From Octopus vulgaris (lineage: Eukaryota), in the NCBI GenBank assembly GCA_951406725.2, contig OX597832.1, forward strand, positions 18,104,001 to 18,168,000: a stretch of DNA of 64,000 bases, given 5' to 3'. The translations under genes were made by a program, and so were the position numbers. Under the pieces are notes generated by a model, which did not search any database, was not told the origin of the DNA, and saw only the letters and a program-made list of their open reading frames with translations. Shown here in pieces: positions 41,901 to 55,925 of the stretch. Each line of letters begins with the position of its first letter. Position 1 is the stretch's first letter.

Positions 41901-43145
41901 TAACCCATGCTAGCATAGAAGGCGGACGCTAAATGATCATTATATTATATATATGTGTGTGTGTGTTTCTATCTCTCTATAGTCATACACAACATACATA
42001 TATTGGCACTCCTTCGCCACACATATTTACACACGCATACAGCTAGCTCTGTATAATATATATATATATATTGCTAGCTCTGTATAATATATATATATAT
42101 TGCTTATTTTTTTATGTGTCTTTCTAAGTGTGTGTCCGGTAGTTTTCGGGTGCGCTTGTGCGCGTCTATTATAATATTTAAATAAACATTAGTATCATAC
42201 TAGTTGCAACAATACAACAATATGTAGAATATGACAATTAAAACTCCATAAAGAAATAACTTCATGAGGGTAACTTGATTCCGCTTATTAATTTACCTGC
42301 TCTCTCTTTGTCTAACTGTCCGCCAGTCTCTCTTACTCTGTCTATCTGTCAGTTTTTCTTTCTCTCTCCATCTCTCTCACTTTCAATTTATTTTTCTTTA
42401 GATCTCTCTATCTTTCTAGCTGTTACTCGTTATCTCTCCCTTCAAATATTACTTATATTCTTCTCTGATTCTCTCTCCTTTATAACCTACAACATAACTA
42501 CAAGTACATAATGCCCGAAAATACCATTAAAATTGAATCGAATTCACTAATAGAAAAGATTAAAATTGCAAGGAAATAATGGATAAGATTATCTGCAAAA
42601 AGAATATTAATACACAGATGAAAAAGTTGAAAAGTTTAAGAATATAAAAGAGAAATATTCAGGATGTTTACATTTGGAGACATCTGAATTGAATAAAATA
42701 ATTTTCAATAATTGAAAACATATTCCTTAACGTTAAATAAAACTGATGCTCTGATATCTAATTAAACGATTTTTCATAAATACAAATACATATATATATA
42801 TATATATATATACAAGCACACCAGCCCGCACAAAATTACATAAAGGTATGAAGGTGTATATGTGTGTGTGTGTGTGTGTGTATGTGTGTGTATGTGTGAG
42901 TGGGTGCATAGGTGTATGTATATACAAGCCCATACACACATATAAGATTATATAATTGGGGAAATATCAATAGATATATATTGTTAAAATATGTATTAGC
43001 ATGTGTATACAAGCATGTATAATTATACATATGGAAATATGCGCTATTCTATATACATATACATAAAAGCACACACACGTGTAGGTGTATGTATATATAT
43101 ATATCTTTGCATACAAATATATATATATATATATTTGTTTATATG

Positions 43146-43188
<43 letters not shown>

Positions 43189-43294
43189 ATGTATATATGC
43201 ATGCTTGTATGTATGCACATGCATACACACACAGATATGTTTGTATATGTGAGTGTGAAGTCAGACAGTTTTATACTCGAAAAGCTGTACTTAA

Positions 43295-43407
43295 CGACAT
43301 ACATACACACATACATACATGCATACATACATTCATACATGCATTCATACATACATACATACATACATACATACATACATACATACATACATACATACAT
43401 ACATACA

Positions 43408-43438
<31 letters not shown>

Positions 43439-43721
43439 GTACATACATATACACTTGATGCATGCGTATCTATACATATAATTTTGGGTATTAGAAGACC
43501 CGGATATAAATGGAAATGTGAATGCAAACTTAAATACGAGCACGTATATATTCAGAAACATATAAGCGAACACTTTAGAGTCTGTGGAGAGTTGAATTAT
43601 TAATAATTGAACATAATCGTCTTTATAAAATAATATATTTGTCTGTTTTGAAGACGTAAGTTATCCATCTATGTATCTCTCATTAAATCAATCAATCAAT
43701 AAATCAATCAGTATGTCAATC

Positions 43722-43753
<32 letters not shown>

Positions 43754-43768
43754 TCTACCTATCTATTA

Positions 43769-43860
<92 letters not shown>

Positions 43861-43914
43861 GTCTATCTATCAATCTCTCTATCCATCAATCCATCCTATC
43901 TATCTATCTATCTG

Positions 43915-43952
<38 letters not shown>

Positions 43953-43993
43953 CATCCATCCATCTATCAATCCATCCATCCATCAATCCATCC

Positions 43994-44039
<46 letters not shown>

Positions 44040-44596
44040 TTATCCATCTATCCATCTATCTATCTATCTATCTATCATTCTGTCTATCTATCTATTTATT
44101 TATCTATCTATCAATCTCTCTATCTATCCATCCATCCATCTATCCATTAATCCATCCATCTATCTATCTGTCTATCTACCTAACCCTCTCTCACTCTTTT
44201 CCATCCACCCATCCATCCATCCACCTCCCTCCATCCATCCATCCATTCATCCATCCATCTATTTATTTATTTATCGATCGATCGTTCTCTATATTCATCT
44301 ATCGATCAATCCATCCATCTGTCTCTTTCTCTATTTATCAATCCATCTGACTATTTGTCTGCCTGTTTGTCTCTTTCTGTCTACCTATCTATCTATCTGT
44401 CAACCTATCCATCGCACACTCATGGACACACACACAACCACACTCAGACAAACACACACACACACATACATAGGCATACATATATGACCATCTATACACT
44501 GTTGGAGTGCCTATATATATATGTGCGTGTGTGTGTTACTGTGTGTGTTTGTCTGTTTGTGTGAGTGTATAGATAGATAGATAGATAGATAGATAT

Positions 44597-44637
<41 letters not shown>

Positions 44638-44700
44638 AAGATAGTCAGATAGATAGATTGACAGACAGATTGCGAGACAGACAGATTGAGAGACAGATAG
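43295..44700. repeat. (TACA)n, long (TATC)n/(TCCA)n and (GATA)n tracts
   Basis: Directly visible. Confidence 0.9.
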
Positions 44701-45121
44701 ACAGGTAATATTTACACACATATGTAAATACACGAAAACGCATTTTTATTTTCCTTACATTTTTACATTAAAATTTTGTGTTGTATCAAGCAGATATTTA
44801 TTGGTTTTATTTGAACAATTTCCTAGTTCGTAATCTTTGAATAGGTTTCATATTAACACTTTATATTTTATTTTCTTATATTGTATTTTCGCAAGGTGCG
44901 TATAGTACAGAATCCGAGATTCATTAACGAGGTGTACTGTACCACTAAGTGGCATTTACGTTATTTGCCCACGAGGTATAATATTGTTTGCTGGTGTTTC
45001 AGAACAAATTTTACTGATTATATTTAGTGCCCCGCCATTTACACAGGGACCTACACAGATACCCTGAACACACACACTCACACTCAGACACAGACACAGA
45101 CACACCCACATATGTGGAATA

Positions 45122-45200
45122 TACAGTCATTCGTCGACTATCGCAAGTGTTATGTTCCAAAAGCCCACGCGATAAGTGAAAATCCGCGAAGTAGAAACAG
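45122..45200 (+). mobile_element. pogo/Tigger-type transposon left end
   Basis: TA-CAGTCATTCGTCGACTATCGC...CGCGATAAGTGAAAATCCGCGAAGTAG resembles Tigger-like termini. Confidence 0.55.
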
Positions 45201-45372
45201 TATTCTCAAGTACATTTTTTAAAATCCTTTTTATAATTTATATATATATATATATATATATAGAAATTCATGGTGAGTACTTGATAATTGTAAGCACCTG
45301 TATATACCGTTTAATAAAGGCCCGAAACATATGTACCGCTGAATCCTTGGCATCATGTTTTTATTTTGATTA

Positions 45373-45411
<39 letters not shown>

Positions 45412-45632
45412 TTCTTATGCTTTCCTAACGTACGTCCGTAGGTGACTTAAAATTGTATGATTGATTGCCGTCATTTCTTTCTCTCTTGCCTGTCTGTGTT
45501 CGCCTTTCAAGTGCTGTGGTTTTACTGAGATCTCCCTTTTAGTAGAAAGAATAGCTATAACTCTTTGACTGCTATTTCTAAATTCGGTGTGTGGTGAGGC
45601 AAATAGTTGCTAACCCCTTAATTACTTAGGAT

Positions 45633-45694
<62 letters not shown>

Positions 45695-45969
45695 AATGGT
45701 AAACAACACAACAGGGGAATCGACGTAAGCTTAAATAATAAACAGCGATATGGGGAAATATTACTGTACACATAAAGATATAGACTTATAGATATGGTCA
45801 AGTATGGTTTATCAAATATGTGTATATATATATAAATATAAATATATGTACGAATCAAAATGTGACCGCGTGTGTACCTTTGGCGATTTTTTTCCTCCGT
45901 CTTCCCTTCTCTGGATCTTTCCTTTTCCCATGTTTCTGTCCTCGCGTTGTTGTGTTTTCATCTTTGGAT

Positions 45970-46033
<64 letters not shown>

Positions 46034-46138
46034 TAATCCAAACAAGAAAACACAAAAAAAAAACAAAAACACAACAACGCGAGGACGTGGAACAAATATA
46101 GTATTATTGGACGCTCAGGAAAGCAGGGAAGAGGGAGG

Positions 46139-46173
46139 GTTTAACGTTTCGAGCGGAGCTCTTCGTCGGAAAC
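46139..46173 (-). ncRNA. Minimal hammerhead motif (family A2)
   Basis: GTTT-CCGACGA-A-GAGC tcc GCTC-GAAA-CG-TT-AAAC; stem I GTTT/AAAC. Confidence 0.6.
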
Positions 46174-46406
46174 ATAGGAGGAGGGAAGATGAGGTCAGAT
46201 TTTGAAACATATATATTATTACTTCTTACTGACTCTTCCTGTTTGACCTATCTTCCCTCAACCTATCTTCTATTCTACTTCAACTCTTTTTCCTTTTCTT
46301 TCTCTTTTCCTTGTTGTCGCAACAAACCACACCTAACCACATCTATTTTTCCGATCTTTTGGCGATCTTTTTTCCTCTATCTTCCTCATCTATTGGACTT
46401 CCCTCA

Positions 46407-46442
46407 ATTAACTGAAAAAGGGCCTTGCTCGAAACGTAAAAT
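46407..46442 (+). ncRNA. Degenerate minimal hammerhead motif (family A)
   Basis: CTGAAAA-A-GGGC ctt GCTC-GAAA-CG-TA. Confidence 0.45.
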
Positions 46443-46973
46443 CACCTTTCCTTTCCTGAGCGTCCGATAATATTTGACATGAACCACGTCCTCGCGTTTT
46501 TGTTTGTTTTGTGTTTTTTGTGCTTGTCTTTCGTTTTTTTGTTTATATGTGTGTATATATGTATGTGTGTATATATATGTGTGTGTGTGTGTGTGTGCGT
46601 CTGTGTGTATTTGTATACACAGACACACACACACACACTCTCACTTAAGCAAACATAAAAATATGCATATATATACACACATATAGATAGATAGATAAAT
46701 AGGTAGATATTCACAATGCTATGCCTTTACAACTTTTCCCACATCCCTGCCTGTTGCCTATTGCTGTTAATATAAACAAATGATGTATAAGATATCTGTA
46801 CAGGCAAATTATATTTTGGTAGAATATCTCAGAAACAGACCTTTATATATTAAATGTAAACATTATTTTTCATATATATTAATTCACAAAAATTGCAGAA
46901 AGGAAAGACACGTATTCTGTTTAGACAATGTCTCAGTGTTAACGATTGTTACATCAAGAGAGTCATTTATACA

Positions 46974-47090
46974 AATATAATTAACACACATACCTGTTCA
47001 GTTCCACTCCTCTATTACTTAGATGGATATTTAACCAACTGTCTGACAATAAAGGAGTAGAATAAAACCAGTGTGTGTGTTAATTATATT
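46974..47090. repeat. Imperfect ~117-bp palindrome (MITE-like hairpin)
   Basis: AATATAATTAACACACA...CTCCTCTATT / AATAAAGGAG...TGTGTGTTAATTATATT. Confidence 0.65.
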
Positions 47091-47428
47091 GGCATAATGA
47101 CTCACCCTAGACAAGATAAAATGTTTTAACAGACGTATTCACATAAAGTATCTTGCAAACCTGATACAAATCTATTACTATCTTATCCATATTATCTCCA
47201 ATTGCATATGCCGTTAATAAAACCTATAAGTGATAAAATCAATTAAATTCTAGCCATTGGGATCCTGCTTTCAACAATTAACAGCGTGATTGTGTAATTC
47301 ACCAGTGAGTGGAAGGAGTCCACATCGCCTCACTCAGGTTGACGAGGGCTCTCTCACAGGGCACTTCTCTTTCTTTAGAGAAGCGTGGATGATAATCCTC
47401 GCTGCAATCTAAACCCTATTGAACACCT

Positions 47429-47629
47429 CTGTAGCCCATCTTTTATACCAAGACAAAATAATGTACATGATAACACTTCCAATCAGTTAAGATCAGAAGC
47501 CATGAGAGCCATTGCCTGGTATTGCATCAGGGCATTTATTATTATTAAGGGTTGTTTAAGGATGTTGAAAGAACCACCCATGTTTCCAGAGGTGAATTAT
47601 TCAAACCCCAAAGAATCCCTCTCAACACA
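47429..47629 (-). mobile_element. Two fragments of the (AAT)n-associated element joined by a short (ATT)n
   Basis: Match 28476-28522 (plus extension) and 28260-28342. Confidence 0.75.
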
Positions 47630-48335
47630 CATACCTGGACAAGGCTCTTCCTAAAAAGAATAGGAAAGCATCTTCAAAGCCAGGTCTTTTGCATGAAACT
47701 TGGTAGGAAATTCCTCAAGAGTATATTCGACATGTGATCATTCACAACCTTAATAGGCTCCTCGCATTGAAAAATACGAGAGTTATGTCTCCTAGATATC
47801 AAAATTTCACGTTATAATAATTATTAAATAATTTGAATGAATACTTTCAGATTTAAATAAACTTTGATGATTATACGGGCGTATATTCCTGTCGTGTCTG
47901 TGTATATACACAGACAAATGCATATTTAAGATTCTCTCTCTTCCTCTCATTCAACAGACCCCCACACATACACACACACAAACACTCACGCACATATTAT
48001 GCTGTTCCATTGTTCGTGCGATCAGGCATACACCTGTATACATCTTTTCGCACGCATATTTGCTGTGTACTAACACATGACAATGGACATGTATAGGTCT
48101 TCGATATGTGTCTCTGCGTTTTGCTTTATGTTTATCTACGCAATAAAACGTTTTGCACGATTTTCATATTTCATTGTATCTTCTATTGGTGGTGGGCAAT
48201 AGTCGACCGGATTATATTGTTACGAGGTTGTAGTGCTTTTGTTCATTTTGCATTCTCTTGTTTATTTTAATTGTTTAAATGCTATCGTATTGAAGAACTA
48301 TTGTATACATACAAAGATAAAATTGCTTACATATA

Positions 48336-48578
48336 TATTCTGTTGCGTCTGGGGAGAGATTTTCTTTTTGTGCCTTATAATTTAACACACTAACCGATAA
48401 AATGTCCTCTAATTTCTTATTTTTATTTTCCTAAAATTTCCGTTGCGTCTTGCAAACTTTACTGCAAGACGCAACGAAAATTTCAGGAAAATAAAAAAAT
48501 AATTGGAAATTTTACCAGTGAGCGTGTTAAATTATAATGCACTAAGAAAGAATGCCTCTCCCCGGACGCAACAGAATA
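48336..48578. mobile_element. Palindromic MITE (~243 bp), TA-flanked
   Basis: TATTCTGTTGCGTC...GACGCAACAGAATA with ~115-bp arms and an inner repeat CGTTGCGTCTTGCA/TGCAAGACGCAACG. Confidence 0.8.
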
Positions 48579-49017
48579 AGCATCAACACACGAATACAAA
48601 TGAAGAATCTTGCAAACCAAATACCCGACATTATTCTTTGATAACAGACATCCAACGTGTCTATTCTGCCACCCTTCCTTACCTAAACTCTTTTGTACAA
48701 AAGGTCATGATTTTCAAAATCTGCAATTACAGACTAATAACTAATGTAAATGATTTTCACCTGAGGTGGCATTTCAGCAGTTTAATATGAACGTAAACTT
48801 TCTCATGAAATACAATAAACTAATGGATTGAATTAAATTATTACAGTACCAATAAAGTTTACGAAAGAATTGCAGTCTAAAGTTCTTTTAAATATGTCTA
48901 CGTTGTTTTCTTTGTTTTGTTATATCAAAAGTAAATGCGAATAAATTTGTCCACCCTTCTGAAGCATTCGTTTGAATTGTGTTCTTAATGACTCTATTAT
49001 ATTTGGGCTATGCTATT

Positions 49018-49160
49018 GTTCCGCCGAGGTCGACTTTGCCTTTCATCCTTTCGAGGTCGATAAATAAAGTACCAGTTTCGCACTGAAGTCATCGGCTTAA
49101 TCCATTTGTCTGTCCTTGTTTGTCCCCTCATGTGTAATCCGTGGTGGGTAATAACAAAAT
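49018..49160 (+). mobile_element. SINE-2 3' fragment
   Basis: CCGCCGAGGTCGACTTTGCCTTTCATCCTTTCGAGGTCGATAAA core. Confidence 0.8.
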
Positions 49161-49708
49161 ATATATTTGGGTTATGCTATTGTATTTTGCTCTATTATAG
49201 CAAGCATTTCCTTAAAGAATGAAAAGTAAGGTTGGCAACCAGATTGAATCCTATGTATGTATGTATTTTTGTGAGTCCAGTGCAATGTCGATCATGTAAG
49301 AGCAACGGATGAGGATTACTTTACGATAAAACACATATACTTGATTGGAATATTATTTACTGATCATTGAGATATGAATTGCAAAGATGAATCAGACGAC
49401 ATTTAAACTTAGGATGTAATATGCTAAAATTTAACGCTAGGCATTTTATCCGATGTTCTAGCGATCCAGCAAACCGATCGTCTTTGTTATGATAATGGTT
49501 TGCAGTTAAGACACAAAGCCAGTAATTTTGAATGAAGCTTCAACAGCCCAACATCATCGATAAAATATGGTACACTAATATATCGACCTTCAAAGCAGGA
49601 CATTCCCAATTCACTCTGAGGGATTTGAAATCGGATCTTAATGAGTTTTGGAAATGCAGTTTAGAATTTCATATCATTTTCTTACATTTCTGCAATCCTG
49701 TGTCTTAG

Positions 49709-50262
<554 letters not shown>

Positions 50263-50459
50263 GACAGAATAATCAGGAATATATAAGACAACTGAAAAGA
50301 ATCTCCAAAGATTGGATCTCAACACCAGACTATCCATAAGGAGGGACACGAACGTTGAACTTTTACTTCACGACTCTCAAATGTTAGACAGCGACCATGT
50401 CCAGGCACTGTTGAAATATATCAAGCTGTTCTTATCGATGATATATACAAAGTTACATA

Positions 50460-50685
50460 TACTCTTATACTTATATTCTTTATTTTTTTTCAGCCGATTG
50501 ATTGCAGCCATGCTGGAGCACCGCCCTTAGTCGAGGCCCAGGACTTAATCTTTTAAAGTCTAGAACTTATTATATCGGCCTCTTTTGACAAACCGCTAAA
50601 CCTAAAGGGACGTAAACACACCGATATCGGTTGTCAAGCAATGGTAGGGGCACAAAAGCAGATACACGAACAGACACCGACACAG

Positions 50686-50716
<31 letters not shown>

Positions 50717-50829
50717 GTGTGTGGGTGTGTGGTAAGTAGCTTGCTAACCAACCACATGGTTTCGGGTTCGGACCCACATCACACACACCATGCCTTGTGA
50801 GTGGATTTGGTAGACGGAAACTGAAAGAA

Positions 50830-50880
<51 letters not shown>

Positions 50881-51220
50881 CATTGCTTGACAACCGATGC
50901 TGGTGTGTTTACGGCCCGTATATATAGAACAAGTACGACAAAGAATAAGTGCCGAGGTGATTTTGCACCACATGGCCGAAGTCAAATATATATATATATA
51001 TATATATACGACGAGCTGGACAAGGAATTTTGGGGGACAAACGGAGAGGCAAACATATACACACATATACATATATGTCGGGGTTCTTCCAGCTTCCATC
51101 TATCAAATCCACTCACAAGTCTTTGGTCGGCCCGAAGCTATAGTAGAAGACACTTGCCCAAGGTGTCACGCAGTGGGACAACGCGCGACCATGAGTTTAG
51201 TAAGCAATCTACTTACCAAA
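50460..51220. mobile_element. Nest of three partial SINE-1 copies in alternating orientation
   Basis: Minus 3' half ~50460-50690, plus copy ~50724-50985, minus 5' half ~51030-51220. Confidence 0.75.
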
Positions 51221-52329
51221 AAGCTACACATACACACACACGTTACATAAATACTCACACACACACACGTTACATACACACTCACACACACATATGAGCG
51301 TGTGATTGCGTACCGAATACAGCACTGAATTTACAACCAAGGTCAAAATATCTCCCATGCACTAGTTTCTTCACACATTTTATTTGCAAATGTATGAGAG
51401 GTCCGAAAGATTTTTTAAACACTTGTCGCTTTAAGGCGCAATATGATTGAATCAGATAAACCATCACCTCTATGCTTAAACAAAATTAACTTCTTCACTC
51501 ATGCAAAATTGCTTACGTTAACGACGTGACTGCTATCGCCGTATACATATATTTTGCACGTTGTGTATATCATCTCCTATTCACTTTTGCTAAGACATGT
51601 TGTGCTATGATACACAGATTGAATCCCAATTTTATAGTTATGTTCTGAATATGAACAATTCAAACTTCGTCTAATTCATGCTTCATGGATGTGAAAGTCT
51701 GAAAATAGTACAATTATTTCACAAGAATGAACAAGTGATATTTCAGCTTCAGAACAGAATTACAAACATAAATGGGATTAATTGAAGAGTGACGGGTCAT
51801 TTCACTCTGGAAAAATCTCGATAGTTTTTAGAAATGTTTTTCTTTTTAAATACATTTACTGTATATACGTATGTATGTATGTTTGCATGACTGTATGTGT
51901 ATGCCAGGGTGTGTGTATACAGTGAGAGATAGACAGACGCATCCATTCACATACATATGTGTGTATGTATTTATGAATGTATATATGTATTTATGCATGT
52001 ATATATGTATGTATGTGTGTATATATGAGTGGAAATACACAGACAAACAAGCATAACACCGACATGCATACACACACATACATATATATGTCTTAAATAT
52101 ATGTATGTGTATCTATGTAATATATACGTTTATATCTAAGTAAACGACATAATGTAAACATATAGTTATATTTGTAGAAGCAATATAGACGCAAATACAC
52201 ACACACACACATAGGAGCGTGCTTTCATAAACACACACACGAACAGAGGCGTATGTGTGTATATATACAAGCATAAATACACTCATGTTAATTCGCTAAA
52301 CTAAGCGTAAAGCAGTTATCACCTTATAT

Positions 52330-52350
52330 ATAGATGAATATTTATATAAG

Positions 52351-52390
<40 letters not shown>

Positions 52391-52575
52391 CGTGCGTTTG
52401 TATGTGTGTATATGTATACGCACATATGCATACACTCTTACACACATATATACATACATTAGTATACGTATATATATATATTCACACACATATATATATG
52501 TATATATATATGTGTATATATATATATACATATATACATATATGTATATATACATATATATTTATACATATATGA

Positions 52576-52615
<40 letters not shown>

Positions 52616-52645
52616 ATATGTATATATATATATATATACATATAT
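52330..52645. repeat. Degenerate (TA)n/(TG)n tract
   Basis: Directly visible. Confidence 0.9.
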
Positions 52646-53894
52646 CAGTGTTTTTCTTCTTCTCTCCTTTAGTATTGTATCACAATATTGATTGTACTTA
52701 TTACCGTTGTAGGCAGTAATGAGTCTTGTAATTATCATCATCATAAATATCATTCTTAATTGCCTTTCATCTGTCTGGATCATTAAAAACATTACTAAAC
52801 GTGTGATAAGTTCGATTATATCGATCGTTTATAAACTTGCCCTTCAAATGTATTGCTTTAAGAAAGAGTTATCTAATTACGTGAAGTAATAGGATCTCCG
52901 TCGTTTTCGACTAGGAATTTTCAGCTCATCTATGAATTGCGCTGAATATCTTTCTCATTAATGCTGCAAATATGTGGCTGAATATTCCGTATATAGTGTG
53001 TACTGCTAATATAATTATTAATCAGTGTTAGCACACTGTAATGTGAGAGTATTGTTATTTTACACGACAGTTGCATTATGTCCGCCTTGCTAAGTTGCCA
53101 TCTGTATGTTTTATATAGTTTATATGATGTATATAATGTATATTTAGTGTATAATGTATGTAATCTTATATTGCAAATATAGCGAATTAGGGAAATATAC
53201 GCAGTTGTACCGAAATGTTTCTGGAATTAAGAGTAAGGCAAAGTCCTTGTTGTAGTGCTGAACTTCCGAGATCCTTTACAGGGCTTAAGAAAACTGAAGG
53301 ACTGCTGCAATATTCTGAATCTGAGAGCGGAATATGTCGAATAAAATCATCATTTACTTATCCTCCCGTATTTACTCATGCCCAAAGCCAGAAACATTTC
53401 AGCACCCTCTCTTAGTAAAGTGCATTATATATATAGCGTTGCTTTTGGTGATAAATAGGAGGATGTTGTACACCGAGTCCTAAACCCTCCGCTTATCGAG
53501 TCAGTTAACGCAATTTGAAGGGGACTTCGTTTTCATTTTTAGCAATTGATTCTAAAAATCTGAGGTTTCCTTGTTATTTCGATATTAGTAATGTGTTGCA
53601 AAAATATTACAAACAGCTTTATTTAATTTTGAGGAAATTTAAAACAAGGAATAGGAAATTACAGCGAATTCATCGTAACACCGAGCAATATGAAACTGAA
53701 AGCAAGATCTAATTCAGTGAATATTAAAAAGTATATCGTAAGTAGAAAGGAAAATATGATAATGCAGAAATCTTCGTATGTTTTATGAATATATTTGTAC
53801 TGAAATCTGCAAATCTTCCGCATGGTTTTTGCGAATAAGGCAAGTAGATATACCTGCATGTATGAGCATTCTCACTTTATATTGATTGATTGAT

Positions 53895-53941
53895 TCTAGT
53901 TTCAGCTCATGAGCTGTGGCCATGCTGGGGCACCGCCATTT
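53895..53941 (-). mobile_element. Extreme 3' tail-only insertion of the CR1/L2-group LINE
   Basis: Reverse complement nearly identical to 11716-11762. Confidence 0.75.
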
Positions 53942-54130
53942 ATATTTAAGATATTTTGTATTTAGGTGGATGAAATTATCGATAGAAATAGCTTAACATT
54001 CAAGGTCAAAGGATGTCATCCTCTGAGTAATAATTTTATTTATCTGCGTGTTCAATTGATTCTTGCATATTTCATGATGCTCAGATGAACCCCCCATATG
54101 GATTGCCGGGTGAACTCTTTCGAGTGAAGC

Positions 54131-54247
54131 AGTGTGGGAACTGGCTTGCTTCTCAACCTCATGGCTATGGGTTCAGTCTCACTTCGTGGGACCTTAGGCA
54201 AGTAACTTTTACTATAATTTCGACTGGAGCACGGCCTTGAGAAATTG

Positions 54248-54314
<67 letters not shown>

Positions 54315-54535
54315 GATGCATATATATATGTGTTTGTGTGTGTATATATTTGTGTATGTTTGTGTCTCTGTTTGTCTCCCACCATCGATTGACAGTATAT
54401 GCCGGTTTATTTACATCCGTGTAACTTAGTGGTTCGGCAAAAATATCGATAAAATTAGAAGTACTGGGATCGATTCATTTAACTAGAAATTCTAGGCGGT
54501 GACACATGACCTCAATCGAATGACTGAAAATAGAA
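54131..54535 (+). mobile_element. Diverged SINE-1
   Basis: Degenerate head, internal microsatellite and tail. Confidence 0.7.
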
Positions 54536-54618
54536 AAACTATCTGATGTACGCCAAATATTTTGAAGCGTTTTATCAAAAACATTGTGAATTCATGTACT
54601 AATATTTGTTTTAGAAAT

Positions 54619-55046
54619 AAGGTGATGAGCTGGCAGAAACGTTGGCACGCTGGCGAAATGCTTAGCGATATGTCTTCTGTCTTTTCGTTCTAGGTTCAAA
54701 TTCAACCGAGGTCGACTTTACATTTCATCCTTTCAGTGTCAATAAATTAAATACCAGTTGCGTACTGAGGTCGATCTAATCGATTTCCACTTCCCCAAAA
54801 TTTCGGGTCTTGTGCCTAGAGTAGAAAAGATTCTTTAAAGATGGCGGTGAGCTGCCAGAAATGTTAGCACGTTGGGCGAAATTCTTAGCGGTGTTTCTTC
54901 TGTCTTATCGTTCTGAGTTCAAATTCTGCCCAGGGCCACTTTGCCTTTCAGCGTCGATAAATTGAGTACCAGTTGCGTACTCGGGTGGTTCTTATCGACT
55001 GGCCACCTCCCCCAAAATTTCGAGCCTTTTGCCTGGAGTAGAAAAG
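54619..55046 (+). mobile_element. Head-to-tail SINE-2 dimer inside one 18-bp TSD
   Basis: AATATTTGTTTTAGAAAT at 54601-54618 and 55047-55064. Confidence 0.85.
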
Positions 55047-55714
55047 AATATTTGTTTTAGAAATGAATAAACACATGCAAAGACAGATTTCACTAACAGA
55101 TTTCAATAATTATTTATTACATGTGCATATGTCCAAATAATTTAAGTGTAAAGAAGACCAGAACTTATGTTATCGATATTGTTGAAATTGGAAAAATAGC
55201 TATATGTTACAAGACATTTCACCCGACGCACTAACGATTCGGCCAGCCTAACACCTTAACACGCATTTATCAATCGTATAATGCGATCAATTTTATCAAC
55301 ATTTCTTTTTAACATGGCAAATTTAATCTCATAAATAGCTTTTACAAAAATCGATATTTATATTACTCGCTAAAAGAAAAATCAATGCGGAAAAAGTACA
55401 TGAAATATTAAAGACACAGCGATATGAATTCCTTGAGTAATGACACTAAATGTTTTGTCTGTCAAAGTTTAATTTTAGTTTTATTGACTTTGCAGATGTA
55501 CAAAGGCAGGCGTTTTCTGTAAAATGGTTGCCTTGGTTCTGGAGGTGTCTATGTTTAGGAGGAGTAAATGAAAGGTGCTAATATTGGAGCATTTTTTTCT
55601 GCCGTTGCTAGCATTTATCGGGAATTTAAATAGCTTCAAATTACATGAATAAAATTTGGTATCACGTTTTGGTGAAAGTTGAACAGGTTTTTAATAATTT
55701 TAAACACAATGGTC

Positions 55715-55744
<30 letters not shown>

Positions 55745-55745
<1 letters not shown>

Positions 55746-55925
55746 GGGAGAGTTCACGTAAAAAAAAACAACAAAAGACGGAGACAGGTGGTGTATAAAA
55801 CAAACAGATGTATAACACTCAGGAAATTGAAAAAAGTCTTTTATGTTTCGAGCCTACGCTCTTCTACAGAAAGGGACACAGAAAAAAACAAGGAGAGAAG
55901 CATGGAGAGAAAAAAAGGAGAGATA
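55745..55925 (-). mobile_element. Family A1 element with hammerhead motif at 55838-55873
   Basis: CTTT-CTGTAGA-A-GAGC gtag GCTC-GAAA-CA-TA-AAAG; terminus abuts (TA)n. Confidence 0.7.

Larger units (their letters stand above)
45858..46545. mobile_element. Cluster of three family A2 elements (+ 45858-45973 lacking ribozyme; - 46030-46190; + 46350-46545)
   Basis: Shared CCACGTCCTCGCGTT...GGATTAAC-type tail; first two lie tail-to-tail across (TA)n. Confidence 0.75.

Noticed and set aside
45262-45375. Possible third hammerhead-type insert between TA tracts (CCCGAAACATATGTA)
   Set aside because: A palindromic helix III-like part is present, but the CUGANGA box and stem I are not convincing; single copy
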